NCBI RefSeq assembly: GCF_964355755.1
Contig: NC_092670.1
Location: 32,786,388-32,850,387, forward strand
Direction of reading: 5' to 3'
Source: Antedon mediterranea
Taxonomy: Eukaryota; Animalia; Echinodermata
DNA length: 64,000 nt
Shown here: positions 12,938-25,800 of the stretch, piece by piece
Numbering within the stretch: position 1 is the stretch's first letter
Layout of the letters: the number at the start of each line of letters is the position of its first letter
The notes under the pieces: model-generated
The model's database searches: none
What the model was told of the DNA's origin: nothing
The model's input: the letters and a program-made list of their open reading frames with translations, nothing else
Position numbers and translations under genes: made by a program

Positions 12938-12981
<44 letters not shown>

Positions 12982-14489
12982 ATAAAAGGTACTAAAATCA
13001 ATGAATTTACCTCCAAGATCAAACAACAAGTTTGCGTCGTAATTAATTTACCTGCAAAGCAATGGTTGTTTGATCTTATTTTTTACTACTTGAAATGCAA
13101 AAACCGGGCATATCGAGGATCTTGATAGTTAAACTTAACTTATACTAAAGTATTTTCACACACTGAAATTGTTATTATAACCAGATAAATGTTGCCAACA
13201 TTTGAATACATTGTAAAACCAATAAGAAAAACCGTATTTATCTTCATACGAAGGAGACCGTTTTCATTGTACATTTAAAAACAATTTATTTACATAATTG
13301 GAAAATTATGACAAAACTGTATTCAGAATAAAAACAGCTATCCCACGATACCAAACAGTAAAGTATTTGAGAAAATTAAATGTTGACTCTTTGACTTTAT
13401 GTAACTATGCATTTTTTGATATGAAAGTAATGGAATAAAATGATCAGTATTACATTCCCTTTCCGATGATACCATGGATGACAAAGTTGAGTGTGGAATG
13501 TCGGCCATTTTGAAATACAAAATGGCGGCTGAAGGAGTGGTCGAACAAAATGGCACCTAACGTTTTTGAATTCAGCAACTCAACAATAACAAAGTTAGCG
13601 AATAAAATCTATTTTGGCACACATATCAAGCTGGAGCTAGTTTTCCTTACATATGTGACTGTACTATGAGGATGTTGCAGAAAACAAAAACAAAGAATGG
13701 AGTGTTTAAACAAATTTAATAGAGAACATGATTGTTAAAGGCAGTTTTAACCTGTTAACCGCTCTGGAAAACAACGCAGTACCAAAAAAAAGTAGAGAGG
13801 ACGCAATATAATTTTACTTGATGCTTTTTTAAAAACTGAGTATGCATATTGTTTGTCCAAAATGTGTTCAGTTTCATTTAAAGAAATATTTATTAACTTT
13901 TACAAAATTATTTATTATCTTAATTTTACAACCTCTCCAAACACATTATTCCATTCTTTAATTGCGTAAACCCAGTTTTGAAATATCTGTTGATTTAAAG
14001 TTTCACAAACACACGTTTTTTCTTCTTTCTTATTTAAAAATGAGTAAATATTTTGATTAGACACGAGTAAAGCTTCTTATCAGTTAATCTCAGTTTATTG
14101 AGAAACAAGGTCCTTGGTTCTCTAACATTACAAAAACATTAACACACCAAACGGAAGAAAATTCACTTATCACTTAATTTAATCAATAAATTAGCTTCTT
14201 GTCATTATACCAGTACATCGTTTTGAGTTTTAAAAATAATTTTTGTAATAACAAAATACAAGTTGGTTTCTTAAATTCTTGTATTCGATGTAATATATTT
14301 GAGATTTTACGAATTGCCACTACTTCACTAATTTTAGCGGCAATTTTTTACTTTGCAAAATCGATTTTTTTCGATTATGATTTCATGTATTGTCTCCCCT
14401 GCCCATATTATTCCTACCAGCTGGTAACAACTAATTAAAATCAATCAAATAAAAGTCTAGACTTTAAATCTATAATATTATAAGTAACA

Positions 14490-15770
14490 AATGTTGGTAT
14501 TATTTCTTGTAACAATAGTAATTAGTATTGAAAGATATAGATATAGAGCATGTGATTGCAAGATTTATATGATATTGTTTTATACCCATTTGCCAGAGAT
14601 ACAAAGGTCATCCTCTTTTGGTTCACTTATCTAAGTGGTTTTTTAATTTGTTCCATGCCAAACTAGAATGATTAACTTTGGAATTGTGTTTATCGAACAA
14701 ATATTTATTGGAGAATATTCTGAAAGTTGACATTTGACTAGGGTTTATATTTTTTTTAGCCGATTATCGGCCTATAGTACTATAGGAAAATGTTGAGATA
14801 CAGTTTTACATATTTATCTCATGTGGCGCCTGTACTAAACTGACCTTAACCATGACAAACATGTATTTCCTTTATCATGCCTTAACATTGCATTTAATAA
14901 AGACACACATGAAATACATACATATGTGCCTCTGTATTACAGATTGTGACACTGGCCGTAAAATGTGGAGATACACTATAGGCCTACACATAATCTGGAG
15001 AATTAAAAAAGTTGCATTTAACATATAGTTAATTTACATTGCATATATCGTCTTGCACAAATCCATAATTAGTACTCAATTACTATTTTTTCTTATTTAT
15101 TTGTATTTTTCGTCACATCATAAACGAATGAATATGCAATAATACACTGTTCGGATCAAATTAAACAGTATACAATTACAAATAAAAATATTGATGACTG
15201 GAATTGTGTAGTTTCAAAATGCACTTGATACCCTACGTTAAGAGCTCTAAAATATTTACAATATACAGATGGACATAGATGGAAAGAAATTCGATATGAT
15301 TTGTAAAGACAAATTAGAAGCGTTAATGACCACACAATAATGTGACAGTTATGACATCGTATAATAAGAGTCAATCAATCACTTGACTTGCACGCAATAG
15401 CAGACTCTGATTTGAAAAAATGGCTTTGAAGAACAAACATTGAAGAATGTTATGCAAAAATAGTACTGAAATTCTACGAAAATGTACGTTAATTTATATA
15501 ACAATAATTTGGCTAAGTACTTGCATTGTCACATTATCATTTAAAAATAAAATTAAGAATGATAGTTTTGGGCAACCAACATACATGTTTTGTCTATTTA
15601 TATTTGTTATTCGACTCAGTGCTCTCCTGCAAAATACATATAACTTTACACAATATTTAAGATATCCACATATGGTATACCATTAAATAGGTATATTTCT
15701 GTTTTGTTCCTTCAATGTAGGTCTACATCTATAATCATAATAATCATTATTTTATTATTACAATGATAAT
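14490..15770 (+). repeat. Duplicate of the upstream/exon-1 region of the LamG gene (~6210-7460)
   Basis: Long colinear matches, e.g. TTGCCAGAGATACAA, GATCAAATTAAACAGT..., GAAGAACAAACATTGAAGA. Confidence 0.8.
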
Positions 15771-18188
15771 AATAATATAGTCTTTTCTGACATGTTTTTA
15801 AAAGGTAATTAAAAATAATAACTTTCAATTTTGAAATAATCATGGATAACGTTCCTTTGATTTAGGATATTCTTGTAACTCAAAGATGTTACTTAGCGGA
15901 TTGTAGAAATGTCAGCGCATGCCCAGTCAACCAGACACTAGTGAAAGCTTCAGACGGATACCGATGTGTCACGCTTTTAGTACAAAATAAGTGTTTTAGA
16001 TATAGTAAAAATATGACAACCACAGTTAACAATGTATCCTACCAAACGACTGAAGAAAATTATACAATATTCACAGAAAGTGGCGCTAACATCACACAAA
16101 GAGTCACAGAGCAAGTAATAGACAGAGATACTCTGACATTTTTTGAAGAATCCACAACTATTAATAATTTACGAATGACGACAGAATTTGATGAACTATC
16201 AACCGCCGTTGTTATCAACATAACAGAACATACAAACGGGGGCGTTGAGAGCAGAAAATGATGTGACAGAACATACAAATGGGGTGTTGACAGAAGATAA
16301 TATAAAAGAACATATAAATGGGGTGTTAACAGAAGAGAATGTAACAGAACATACAACCGGAGTGTTGACAGAAAAAAGTGTAACAGAACATACATACGGG
16401 GTGTTGACAGGAGAAATTGTAACAAAAAATACACATGGAGTGTTGACAGAAGAGATGTTAATATAACATACAAATGGAGTGTTGCCAGAAGAAAGTGTAA
16501 CAGAAAATACAACCGGAGTGTTTACAGAAGAAAATGTAACACAACATACACATGGAGTGTTGACAGAAAAGACTGTAACAGAACATACAAATGGAGTATG
16601 GACAGAAGAAAGTGCAACAAAACATACAAATGGAGTGTTGACAGAAGAAAGTGTAACAAAACATACAAATGGAGTGTTGCCAGAAGAAAGTGTAACAGAA
16701 CATACAAATGGAGTGTTGACAGAAGAAAGTGTAACAAAACATACAAATGGAGTGTTGACAGAAGAAAGTGTAACAAAACATATAAATGGAGTGTTGCCAG
16801 AAGAAAGTGTAACAGAACATACAACCGGAGTGTTGACAGAAAAAAATGTAACAGAACATGCAAATGGAGTGTTGATAGAAGAAAGTGTAACAGAACATAC
16901 ACATGGAGTGTTGACAGAAGAAAGTGCAACAAAACATACAAATGGAGTGTTGACAGAAGAAAGTGTAACAAAACATACAAATGGAGTGTTGACAGAAAAG
17001 ATTGTAACACATCATACGCATGGAGTGTTGACAGAAGAAAATGTAACAGAACATACAAATGGAGTGTTGACAGAAAAGATTGTAACACATTATACGCATG
17101 GAGTTTTGACAGAAGAAAGTGTAACAGAACATACAACCGGATTGTGGACAGAAAAAAGTGTAACAGAACATACAAACGGAGGTTTGACAGAAAAGATTGT
17201 TACAGAACATACAAAGGGAGTGTTGACCGAGGAGGATGTACAAGAAAACAGGATTACTGACGAGAACGTATTAGACAACACAAATATATTGTTTGAAGAA
17301 CATTTAGCGGAAGTCACGATTGTAGTGACTAAAGCTAATGTTGGAGAAGGCACGAGTGAAGATAATTTATCAGATCCCATGGTCGGTGGAATTGAAGAGA
17401 ATCCAGCAGCAGAAGAAGTAAATATTTTAGCTTATTACGACTTTGAACATAACATACAAGACACTTCAGGTAATGGTCACGATGGTAATATGCTTGGCAC
17501 TAACATAAACTATACCCCTGCAATTCAAGGAGTTGGTATTCAGTTTACTGGTATTCAATGACTAGTGGTACCTTCACTGTCTGGTCTGGGCGAAATAGAC
17601 AAGTTTACTGTGAGTGTGTGGTTTGTAAGAACAGGTGGAATGCACACACAAGTTATAATTAATAATGGGTGTGGTCCTAATCGTTGGAAAATTACAACAC
17701 AAATTAACGATGATTATAAAATCGTTGTCATTGGACATCTTAATGAGCACGTGATTTGCTCTATTGTTGGTGGAAATGTAAACGAATGGCATCATGCTGT
17801 AATGGCTTACAACGGCACTGACTTTTCATTTTATCTAAACGGAAATTCATCTAATAACTGCGACAGCTGCTGCTTCTACAACGCACGTATTACGTTTAAA
17901 ATGTCAATAGGTCAATTTGAAAATGGCTGTGCACCGTCTTCATTTCAAGGGGTGATAGATGAACTAATGCTTTTCAATACTTATTTATCACGAAACCAAA
18001 TGTATATTCTTTATTATTTTGAGCGCGTAAGTGCATTAACGCTATCACAAATTATAACGTCACTGGCAGCAATTACAGAAGATCAAATCCTGAATGGAGG
18101 GGTCCTTACGGCATACGACGATGAAAGCATATCTTTGTTTAGGTCTAATGATTATGGTTATGATGATGATTCAAGTTATGTTACTTAG
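15447..18188 (+). pseudogene. LamG-domain paralog with long Thr/Glu-rich repeat stalk; disabled
   Basis: Exon 1 15447-15512 with donor changed to CTAAGT; exon 2 from 15866. Frameshift/stop at ~16259, stops at 16464 and 17559. LamG motifs LAYYDFE..DTSGNGHDG, FTVSVWF, EWHHAVMAY, FQGVIDELMLFN. Confidence 0.8.
16220..17240 (+). repeat. Coding minisatellite, 39-bp unit (HTNGVLTEESVTE/K), ~26 copies
   Basis: Unit ACAGAACATACAAATGGAGTGTTGACAGAAGAAAGTGTA; produces repetitive ORFs in several frames. Confidence 0.95.
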
Positions 18189-18459
18189 ACATGTTACGGA
18201 TTTCGGCCTATTTATATACATAGTTAAGACATTCAACAATGCTATAACATATACAACATAATCTATAAATCCATAAGCATTATGCAGAACCTTTTTTTAA
18301 AAATTCTTTAAAAAAAACAAAACAAACTGTATACTCATTGATGTGTTGATGTTTTTTGACCACTTTAATACAAGTTGTTTTCTTTTTGGATTTAATACAT
18401 ATCAAAGTCCCAACTTCAGGAGAATCGACATTCAAAAGCATTGACAGTAGGCATATACT

Positions 18460-19174
18460 TTTTAGTCACGTGGACGCGACTCTATAGTTCACTATGTTGG
18501 TCGGTCGGTTGGTCTGTCGGTCTGTCGGTCTGTCTGTCGGTCTGTCTGTCGGTCCGGTATCACTATGCGTTTTATCGCTTTTCTGTACTTTTTGAACTGT
18601 TTTGATGTACAGACAAGTTTTAACTATGTCGGTAGTCGCGTGGATGCGACTCTATAGTTCACTATGTTGGTCGGTCTGTCGGTCTGTCGGTCTGTCTGTC
18701 GGTCCGGTATCACTATGCGTTTTATCGCTTTTCTGTACTTTTTGAACTGTTTTGATGTACAGAGAAGTTTTAACTATGTCGGTCGGTCTGTCGGTCGGTC
18801 GGTCGGTCTGTCGGGTATCACTTTGCGTTTTTCTGTACTTTTTGAACTGTTTTGAGGTACAGAAAGTTTTAGTCGCGTGGACGTGACTCTATAGTTCACT
18901 ATGTCGGTCGGTCGGTCTGTCGGTCCGTTGGTCTGTCGGTCTGTCTGTCGGTCCGGTATCACTATGCGTTTTATCGCTTTTCTGTACTTTTTGAACAGAC
19001 AAGTTTTAACTATGTCGGTCGGTCTGTCGGTCGGTCGGTCGGTCTGTTGGGTATCACTTTGCGTTTTTCTGTACTTTTTGAACTGTTTTGATGTACAGAA
19101 AAGTTTTAAAGTACATTACTTTTTGAAAGTTCATTTTTTTCTGAGAGCACGCGACTTATGGCTGTTGGCCTTGT
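18460..19174 (+). mobile_element. Helentron-associated interspersed element (HINE/DINE-1-like), with internally repeated 5' modules
   Basis: Starts in a T-run with hairpin AGTC(A/G)CGTGGACGCGACT, repeated at ~18634 and ~18871. Contains a (GGTC/TGTC)n microsatellite, 3' subterminal repeat CACGCGACT and a short GGC..GCC stem near the end. Confidence 0.7.
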
Positions 19175-20449
19175 AAACAATAATACTGTGCTGTGCTAAA
19201 AATTGCCATAGTTGAATGCGGATTGAAGTCCTACAACTATGATACTGCACGTTTCAGGCAAACGGTCAGATATCGAATCGACAATTAATGGAATAACTGG
19301 ATAATGCATTGAAGTGACAAAAGGATTGGGAAATAGGTCTACATATATAGATGAGGAATCATTCGTTTTTCATTGTTAGCAAGATAAGGTATATATCCAA
19401 AGTATTGTGTTTACTCATTTTATGATTAAAAATGAGCTGTGTCATTAGAAAGTTACAACAAATTAATAAGGTTGAAACACTCGTGATAATTTAACAAAGT
19501 AACGAGCACATGATTACGAATAATCAATAGTACAAATACAATTTATGCAAATAATAACACGTTTCTAGAAGTTCATTGCCTATCACTCGATAAATAATGA
19601 ACACAGTATTTTTCACGGTATTGAACCTTGAGCTTTCTGTTGGTTGGCGGGAAAATAAGTAGGCCTAAAGAGTGGTTTCCGTTGACGCAATAATAACGTA
19701 TAGTAAGCCTAAGCCCAGTCACAAGCGACGTGAATGATCAAATTAATACGATGGGCTTACGTTCTTGCGTCGCGTTCGCCAAGTGAGCCAAGCTTTTAAC
19801 GTCTACCATGTAGAAATTGAGAGAGTATGCGGCTAATCTGATCTACGGGCCATTTTACCTTACATTTCCCCTGGAGCTGTATTCGTTACCATAAAATATG
19901 ATAAACGCCAACATTAAACTCCAATTGCCTATTTGTTTACGTTTGACGGACAATATTAAGATCATTAATCACTAAAGTTAATTTTCTACGAGTTCGTGTT
20001 GCATAGAATATGTCATCAGTCATAATAAAACAATATATTTTATATCTATGTCAATCATTGAGCATCTATTACCGTTAGACTGAACACGTACGATAACAGT
20101 GGATTGTAACCCAGACTTAAGGTATGTACAGTACGTTCTTAACCATTATTCAACTGTAAACTGTTTCTTTTAGTGTCATATATGTATTTAGTTCGTATGA
20201 CATTAATATTCTATAGTAATTATATGCCAATAACTGAAACAATTAAGAAATACTCAAGTACCAGGTATAGGCCTACTATTATAAAGAACTCCTAAACCGT
20301 ATGACTAAAACCTCAAAACTTTCAATTACCATTTACGTCTGTGATAAGACGGCACATTTTAATTCCCTGCAATTTTTTGCCCAAAAAATGGATTTTAGAC
20401 CAATCAGAATGCAGGATGGGAGTAAATTTCAAAACTTGAACTTATACTG

Positions 20450-20521
20450 TACTGGATAGTATAGTGGTGAGTATATCCGCCTTTCATGCGGAAGACCGGG
20501 GTTCAATTCCTCGTCAGGGAG
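20450..20521 (+). pseudogene. tRNA-Glu(TTC)-like pseudogene / SINE head
   Basis: TAGTATAGTGGTGAGTAT D arm, TCCGC-CTTTCAT-GCGGA anticodon arm, GGGGTTCAATTCCT T arm; acceptor stem has two mismatches. Confidence 0.65.
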
Positions 20522-20530
20522 CTTAATCTT

Positions 20531-20762
20531 GGTGTCGAGTTATGGTTATGATGCTTGGCTACCACGGGTCCTGGGTTCAAGTCCAAGATTTTTTCTAAGG
20601 ACAAATTTACAACTCCACTCCCAAAGACTTGTAATAAGATTCTTTATGTAGAGCATCTCGTGTTTATGTTTTTCTTGTGAACCTCTGAGGGTCGCAAATG
20701 ATCAGCAATTGCTAGATGGATCACCCTCATAAAATATGGTTAAAAAAAACCAAAAAAAAAAA
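20531..20762 (+). mobile_element. Degenerate tRNA-derived SINE
   Basis: A-box-like GTTATGGTTA, B-box GGTTCAAGTCC, A-rich tail at ~20741-20762. Confidence 0.4.
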
Positions 20763-21159
20763 CTTTAGTTGACGTATCACAATGTCAACCAAATTGTACT
20801 CATTAAAGTTGATGATAACAAATAGATAAAAATCATATGTTCACGTATCAGAGGCGCTGATTCAAACTATAACGAATGACTTTATTGGGGTGGGGGGGGG
20901 GGGGGTTGAATTGAAGATTATTAAAAACTCATTTTAATGATCTTAAATTCAACCTCTTTTCCCCTTCCAATAATGTGTAAAATAGGTAAAATAAATATAT
21001 AAAGTTCACTTACCATACATAGGACCTGATAAAACAGCTATTCCGTAATAATATACTAACTTTAAAACAGGTTAGATGAAAACCAATGATGATTTTACAA
21101 ATAATGTGTCAACAATTGCATTTATCATTGGTTTTGCGTCTCAACATTCCAAAAGAAAC

Positions 21160-21317
21160 ACACGTTTCCTGATGTAATAGGTATAATACCGCACGTTTCC
21201 TGATGTAATAGGTATAATACCGCACGTTTCCTGATGTAATAGGTATAATACCGCACGTTTCCTGATGTAATAGGTATAATACCGCACGTTTCCTGATGTA
21301 ATAGGTATAATACCGCA
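21160..21317. repeat. 31-bp minisatellite, ~5 copies
   Basis: Unit CACGTTTCCTGATGTAATAGGTATAATACCG. Confidence 0.95.
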
Positions 21318-22806
21318 TGATTCCTGAATTGTATGTAAGAACATCAATATAAATAAACAGAAGTTATTTTCAAACCACTTGAAGGAGCATTGCAAGAATA
21401 AAAAGGGCGTTTCTTGTCGTTTTCTCTCAGTTCTACGTACATATATTCGTAACCGATAATTTAAACATTTTTTCATCTCATTTCACGCGATTTGCATCAT
21501 ATATTTCTGAAATAAATATTAAAAACAATTTAGATAGATATATAATGATGTGTTTATTAAAAACATATTGTCCTTTTTCAAATTGTTTTGTGTAATATGC
21601 CATTTTAATGTCACATAATAGTTATTCACTTTGTAATTTAAGTCAAAAAAATAAAAAAATCAGGCAATTGATGGGTTTTGGTTGAATTTCACAGTTTATT
21701 TTTGTCTTTTTAAACTTGAAAATATTACTTTTTCGTTTTTTATACGGAAATGAATACCTTTATTAAATGGCCTATTCAAAGTTTAATTGTATTAATATTC
21801 ATTTTCATGTATTTGAGAAACAATATGATTTTTAATAATACAGGAAATATCTTCACAATATAAGTCCTTCTCATAAATAAATTATTTTGTACACAGCTTT
21901 CAGAGTTAACACAAACAAATTTAGTCAGTATGCATACTGTAATGGCGGGAAAGAAGTTCCGAATTGAAAAATCCGTATCTAAACATAGATTTATTTATTG
22001 GGTAAGTAATTTTTAATTTTAGTAATTCAAATGTTATGATAATTCAGGGCCATTTTATTTTCTCAATTTTATTTCAAATTAAGAATTAAGAAAATACTGT
22101 ACAAGGCAACCACTACACATAACGGTACCACGCAACAAGATAATACATATATACCAGATCACGATGTGTGCTCTGGCATAGTGAAACATAACACGCTGAT
22201 CTTTTTTCATTGTAATGACCTATACTATAGAAGTACTATTTACGTTAAAAAAATCCCTATCTTGGTGAAAATAGGGTTTTCCCCTTTTTTGGAATCTACA
22301 ACTATTCTATAATCAAGATGTGAATTAAGTTTATAAAAGGGCTAAATAAGTGATTTATTGAGTACCTTTTTTGTCTTGATTTCATTTTGTTGGAAAAAAA
22401 TGAAATAAAGTGCGTGAAACACTGTTAGAAAACTGTGCAGTTTATGAAAATATTTGTAAAGTTACCATTAAAAACATGGTAGAGTCTGAAAATATAAATA
22501 TTTATAAGCCATATTTAGTGGGTATTTCAAGTGGTTTTCAGTATTTTTGGCTTCTTCAGCAGGTATTAGAGAAGGTAAAAAGCTTCTCTGACGTGATTTT
22601 TAAACAACAGAAATCCGTTGTCAAGGATCCGCCACGTAATGGCTAGACTTGCCCAAAGTCTGTATTGTCTTTTTTTTAAATTTATTTGTTTTTATGTCTG
22701 AAAATACAGACTTGTGAAACACGTATATAAATCGATTTGCAGACCGCAAACATCCGATAAGAATGACGAAGGTTATCATACCGTATTTGGCTATATGGGG
22801 CGGGCG

Positions 22807-25800
22807 GCGATTTTTTTTTTGTACATAAGTTGGGGACCCCTCATGAAACGTCACAAAAATAAACATGAACTAGAATTTAATTCGTCACTTTGACGAATTA
22901 TAGGTGATCATTTTTATAATGTTATTGAAATTAATATTTTTTTAAACATGCACGTACGTTAACATACAATCGAAAAATGTTGATGTATGCCATCCTATGA
23001 CATGATGCATATACACTTATAGTGCTGAGTTGTACCTATGTGTCATTATACAATATGTACAATATATACTGTATATCTATACACGTAGCATACGTGAAAT
23101 TACGGGACCCACATCATATGTTCAAATTTTTTGGTATGATAGAATTATCAAAATAAACTCCAAGATGACAATTTCGAAAGATAAGGAATTGAACAAATAA
23201 ATATAAGGATTGGAAGAGAATTTGACACGTAGAAGCGCAATGCGCGCTCTTTGAAATTTTTATAACTTCGACTAAAGAAATTTAAAAACAACGTTTTAAC
23301 TTCAACTGGCCATATGATAACATCACAACATCCGATAGGCTTAATTTGTATATGAATTCAAATCTACATTTCATCAGCTTTCATAATAAGTTATAATCTT
23401 CAAGGTCACCTTTAATTCTGAGGAGCTATAAGATATTCAAATGTATGGTGTAGCTGAAATTACACGACCTAGGTTATTCATGGTTTTCCGCGTGATGACG
23501 TCATCAAAATAAAAATGTTGACAACTCATGAGAAAGATAATTATTTGAGCCTAGCACATACTAAAATTTCTGCGAAAATCGGGCTCAAATAACGGCGATG
23601 CGCTCTATTGAATGTGAAAACCCACACAAAAAGATAAAAATTACTAATTTTTAAATTGAAGTGGCCATTTGATGACGTCATACCATTTTGTACGTCTAAT
23701 GTGTACATGAATATGTATCTACAACCAAATAGCTTCCTGAATAAGTAAACAAAATTGGGGGTCACCTGCCATTCTGAAGAGTTATATTCATTTTAAAAAG
23801 GCCTTATTTTTCACCATTTTCATCACTTTGATGCAATTAATTTGCGCATTTTGTCATTTTTAACCTGCTCGTATAGCGTTATTTTAGGTCGGAACTGACT
23901 CAAATTTGGTGAATGTACTAAGGATGGTGAGTAGAATGAGATTTGTAAAAAAAATTCATATTTTTTACGCTTTTTAAGTATCGCGCGCGCAAAATTTTTT
24001 TTTGCGCAGTAATTTTTTGAAACACGCAAATGGCCTAATTCATGCTCTAAATTGATCAAAACTTAATTTTGAGCATTTTAAATTTTTAACGCGTGATTTC
24101 ACGCGCATGACCCTACGTGCACGTGCGTTTTTATTTGCTAATATATTTACCCTTGACCTGAAGTTTACGTGTTGTGAATTTCGTTAATATGTGATAAAGA
24201 ATTATGGAGATATGATTGATAATGTGATTTCACAAAATGGCGTATAAATGACGTCACGGATGAGTTATCACGCTGAAAAGCTTATTAGGACTAAGTTAAA
24301 GTATTTGAAAGACATTGTGAAATTTTGGTAATCATTGACATTAAACTTTTTGAGATATTTGTTACACAAAATCTGTACAGAAAGAAATTGCGAAGAAACA
24401 TTTTTTTTGGACAAAAACAATTTCTCACTAGAATTTAATTCGTCACTTTGACGAATTATAGGTGATCATTTTTATCATTTTAATGAAATAAATTTTTTTT
24501 AAACATGTACGTACGTTAACATACGATAGGAAAATGTTGATGTATGCCATCCTATTATACGCTTATATTGCTGAGTTATGCCTATTATATGCCATATACA
24601 ATGTACAGTATATACTGTATATCTATATACAGTGTAGCATAGGTGAAATTATGGGACACACATCAAGTTCAAATTTTTTGGTATGATGGAATTATCAAAA
24701 TAAACTCGAAGATGACAATTTCGAAAGATAATGAATTGAGCAAATAAATATAAGGATTGGAAGAGAATTTGACACGTAGAAGCGCAATGCGCTCTCTTTG
24801 AAATTTGTATAACTTCGACTAAAGAAATTTAAAAACTACTTTTTAACTTCAACTGGCCATATGATAACATCACAACATCCGATAGGCTTAATTTTTATAT
24901 GAATTCATATCTACATTTCATCAGCTTTCATAATAAATTATAATCTTCAAGGTCACCTTTAATTCTGAGGAGCTATAAGATATTCAAATGTATGGTGTAG
25001 CTGAAATTACACGACCTAGGTTATTCAAGTTTTTACGCGTGATGACGTCATCAAAATAAAAATGTTGACAACTTATGAGAAAGATAATTAATTGAGCAAG
25101 CACATACTAAAATGTGTGCAAAAATTGGGCTCAAATAACGGAGATGCGCTCTATTGAATGTGATAACCCACAAAAAAAGATAATAATTACTAATTTTTAA
25201 ATTCAAGTGGCCATTTGATGACGTCATACCATTTTGTACGTCTAATATGTATATATATTTATATCTACAACTTATTGGCTTCCATAATAAGTTAAAAAAA
25301 TTGGGGGTCACCTGCCATTCTGAAGAGTAATATTCATTTTAAAAAGGCCTTATTTTTTTACCATTTTTAGCACTTTTGTACAATTAATGTGCGCATTTTG
25401 TCATTTTTAACGTGCTCGTATAGCGTTATTTTAAGTCGGAATGGACTCAAAGTCGGAGAATGTACTAAGGATTGTGAGTAGAATATGATGTATACATCAA
25501 ATTTTATTTTTTACCCTTTTTAAAAATCGCGTGCGCAAAAATGTGTTTTTGCTCAGTAATTTTTTTAAACACGCAAATGGCCTATTTCATGCTCTAAAAT
25601 GATAAAAACTAAATTTTGAGCTTTTTAAAATTTCAACGCGCGATTTCACGCGCATGACCTTGAAACGCCCGAGTTTTTATTTGCTAATATTTTTTACCTT
25701 GACCTCAAGTTTATGTGTAGTGATTTTCATTAATATGTGATAATGAATTATGGAGATATGATTGATAATGTGATTTCACAAAATGGCGTATACGTGACGT

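Larger units (their letters stand above)
11600..12980. repeat. Tandem/inverted array of a ~364-bp tRNA-containing repeat, associated with (TA)n
   Basis: Units recur at ~11715, ~12065 (partial) and ~12280; inverted fragment at 12864-12940; the same family occurs at 4410-4475, 39870-40500 and 44645-45108. Confidence 0.85.
10684..13666. mobile_element. Old non-autonomous TIR element with ~350-bp imperfect inverted repeats; right end ...GACTGTACTA (Academ-like TAG terminus), left end eroded
   Basis: 10684-~11045 is reverse-complementary to ~13313-13635 (e.g. GCCATTTTGTATTTCAAAATGGCCGAC / GTCGGCCATTTTGAAATACAAAATGGC). Confidence 0.65.

Noticed and set aside
13747-14438. piggyBac-like element (TTAA-CCTGTTAACC ... 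GGTAACAACTAA-TTAA)
   Set aside because: Terminal complementarity is too weak to support.
16060-17380. Long Cys-rich, Leu-rich and Arg/Lys-rich ORFs (16458-17243, 16522-17175, 16598-17260 and others)
   Set aside because: Alternative frames of the 39-bp minisatellite; only the frame continuous with the LamG domain is plausible.
17559-17561. In-frame TGA as selenocysteine or readthrough in the LamG paralog
   Set aside because: The gene has other lesions (dead donor, frameshift, TAA), and the paralog has AGA (Arg) at the aligned site, so it is a simple nonsense mutation.
21160-21317. 31-bp repeats as a CRISPR array
   Set aside because: Units are contiguous with no unique spacers, there are no cas genes, and the context is eukaryotic.
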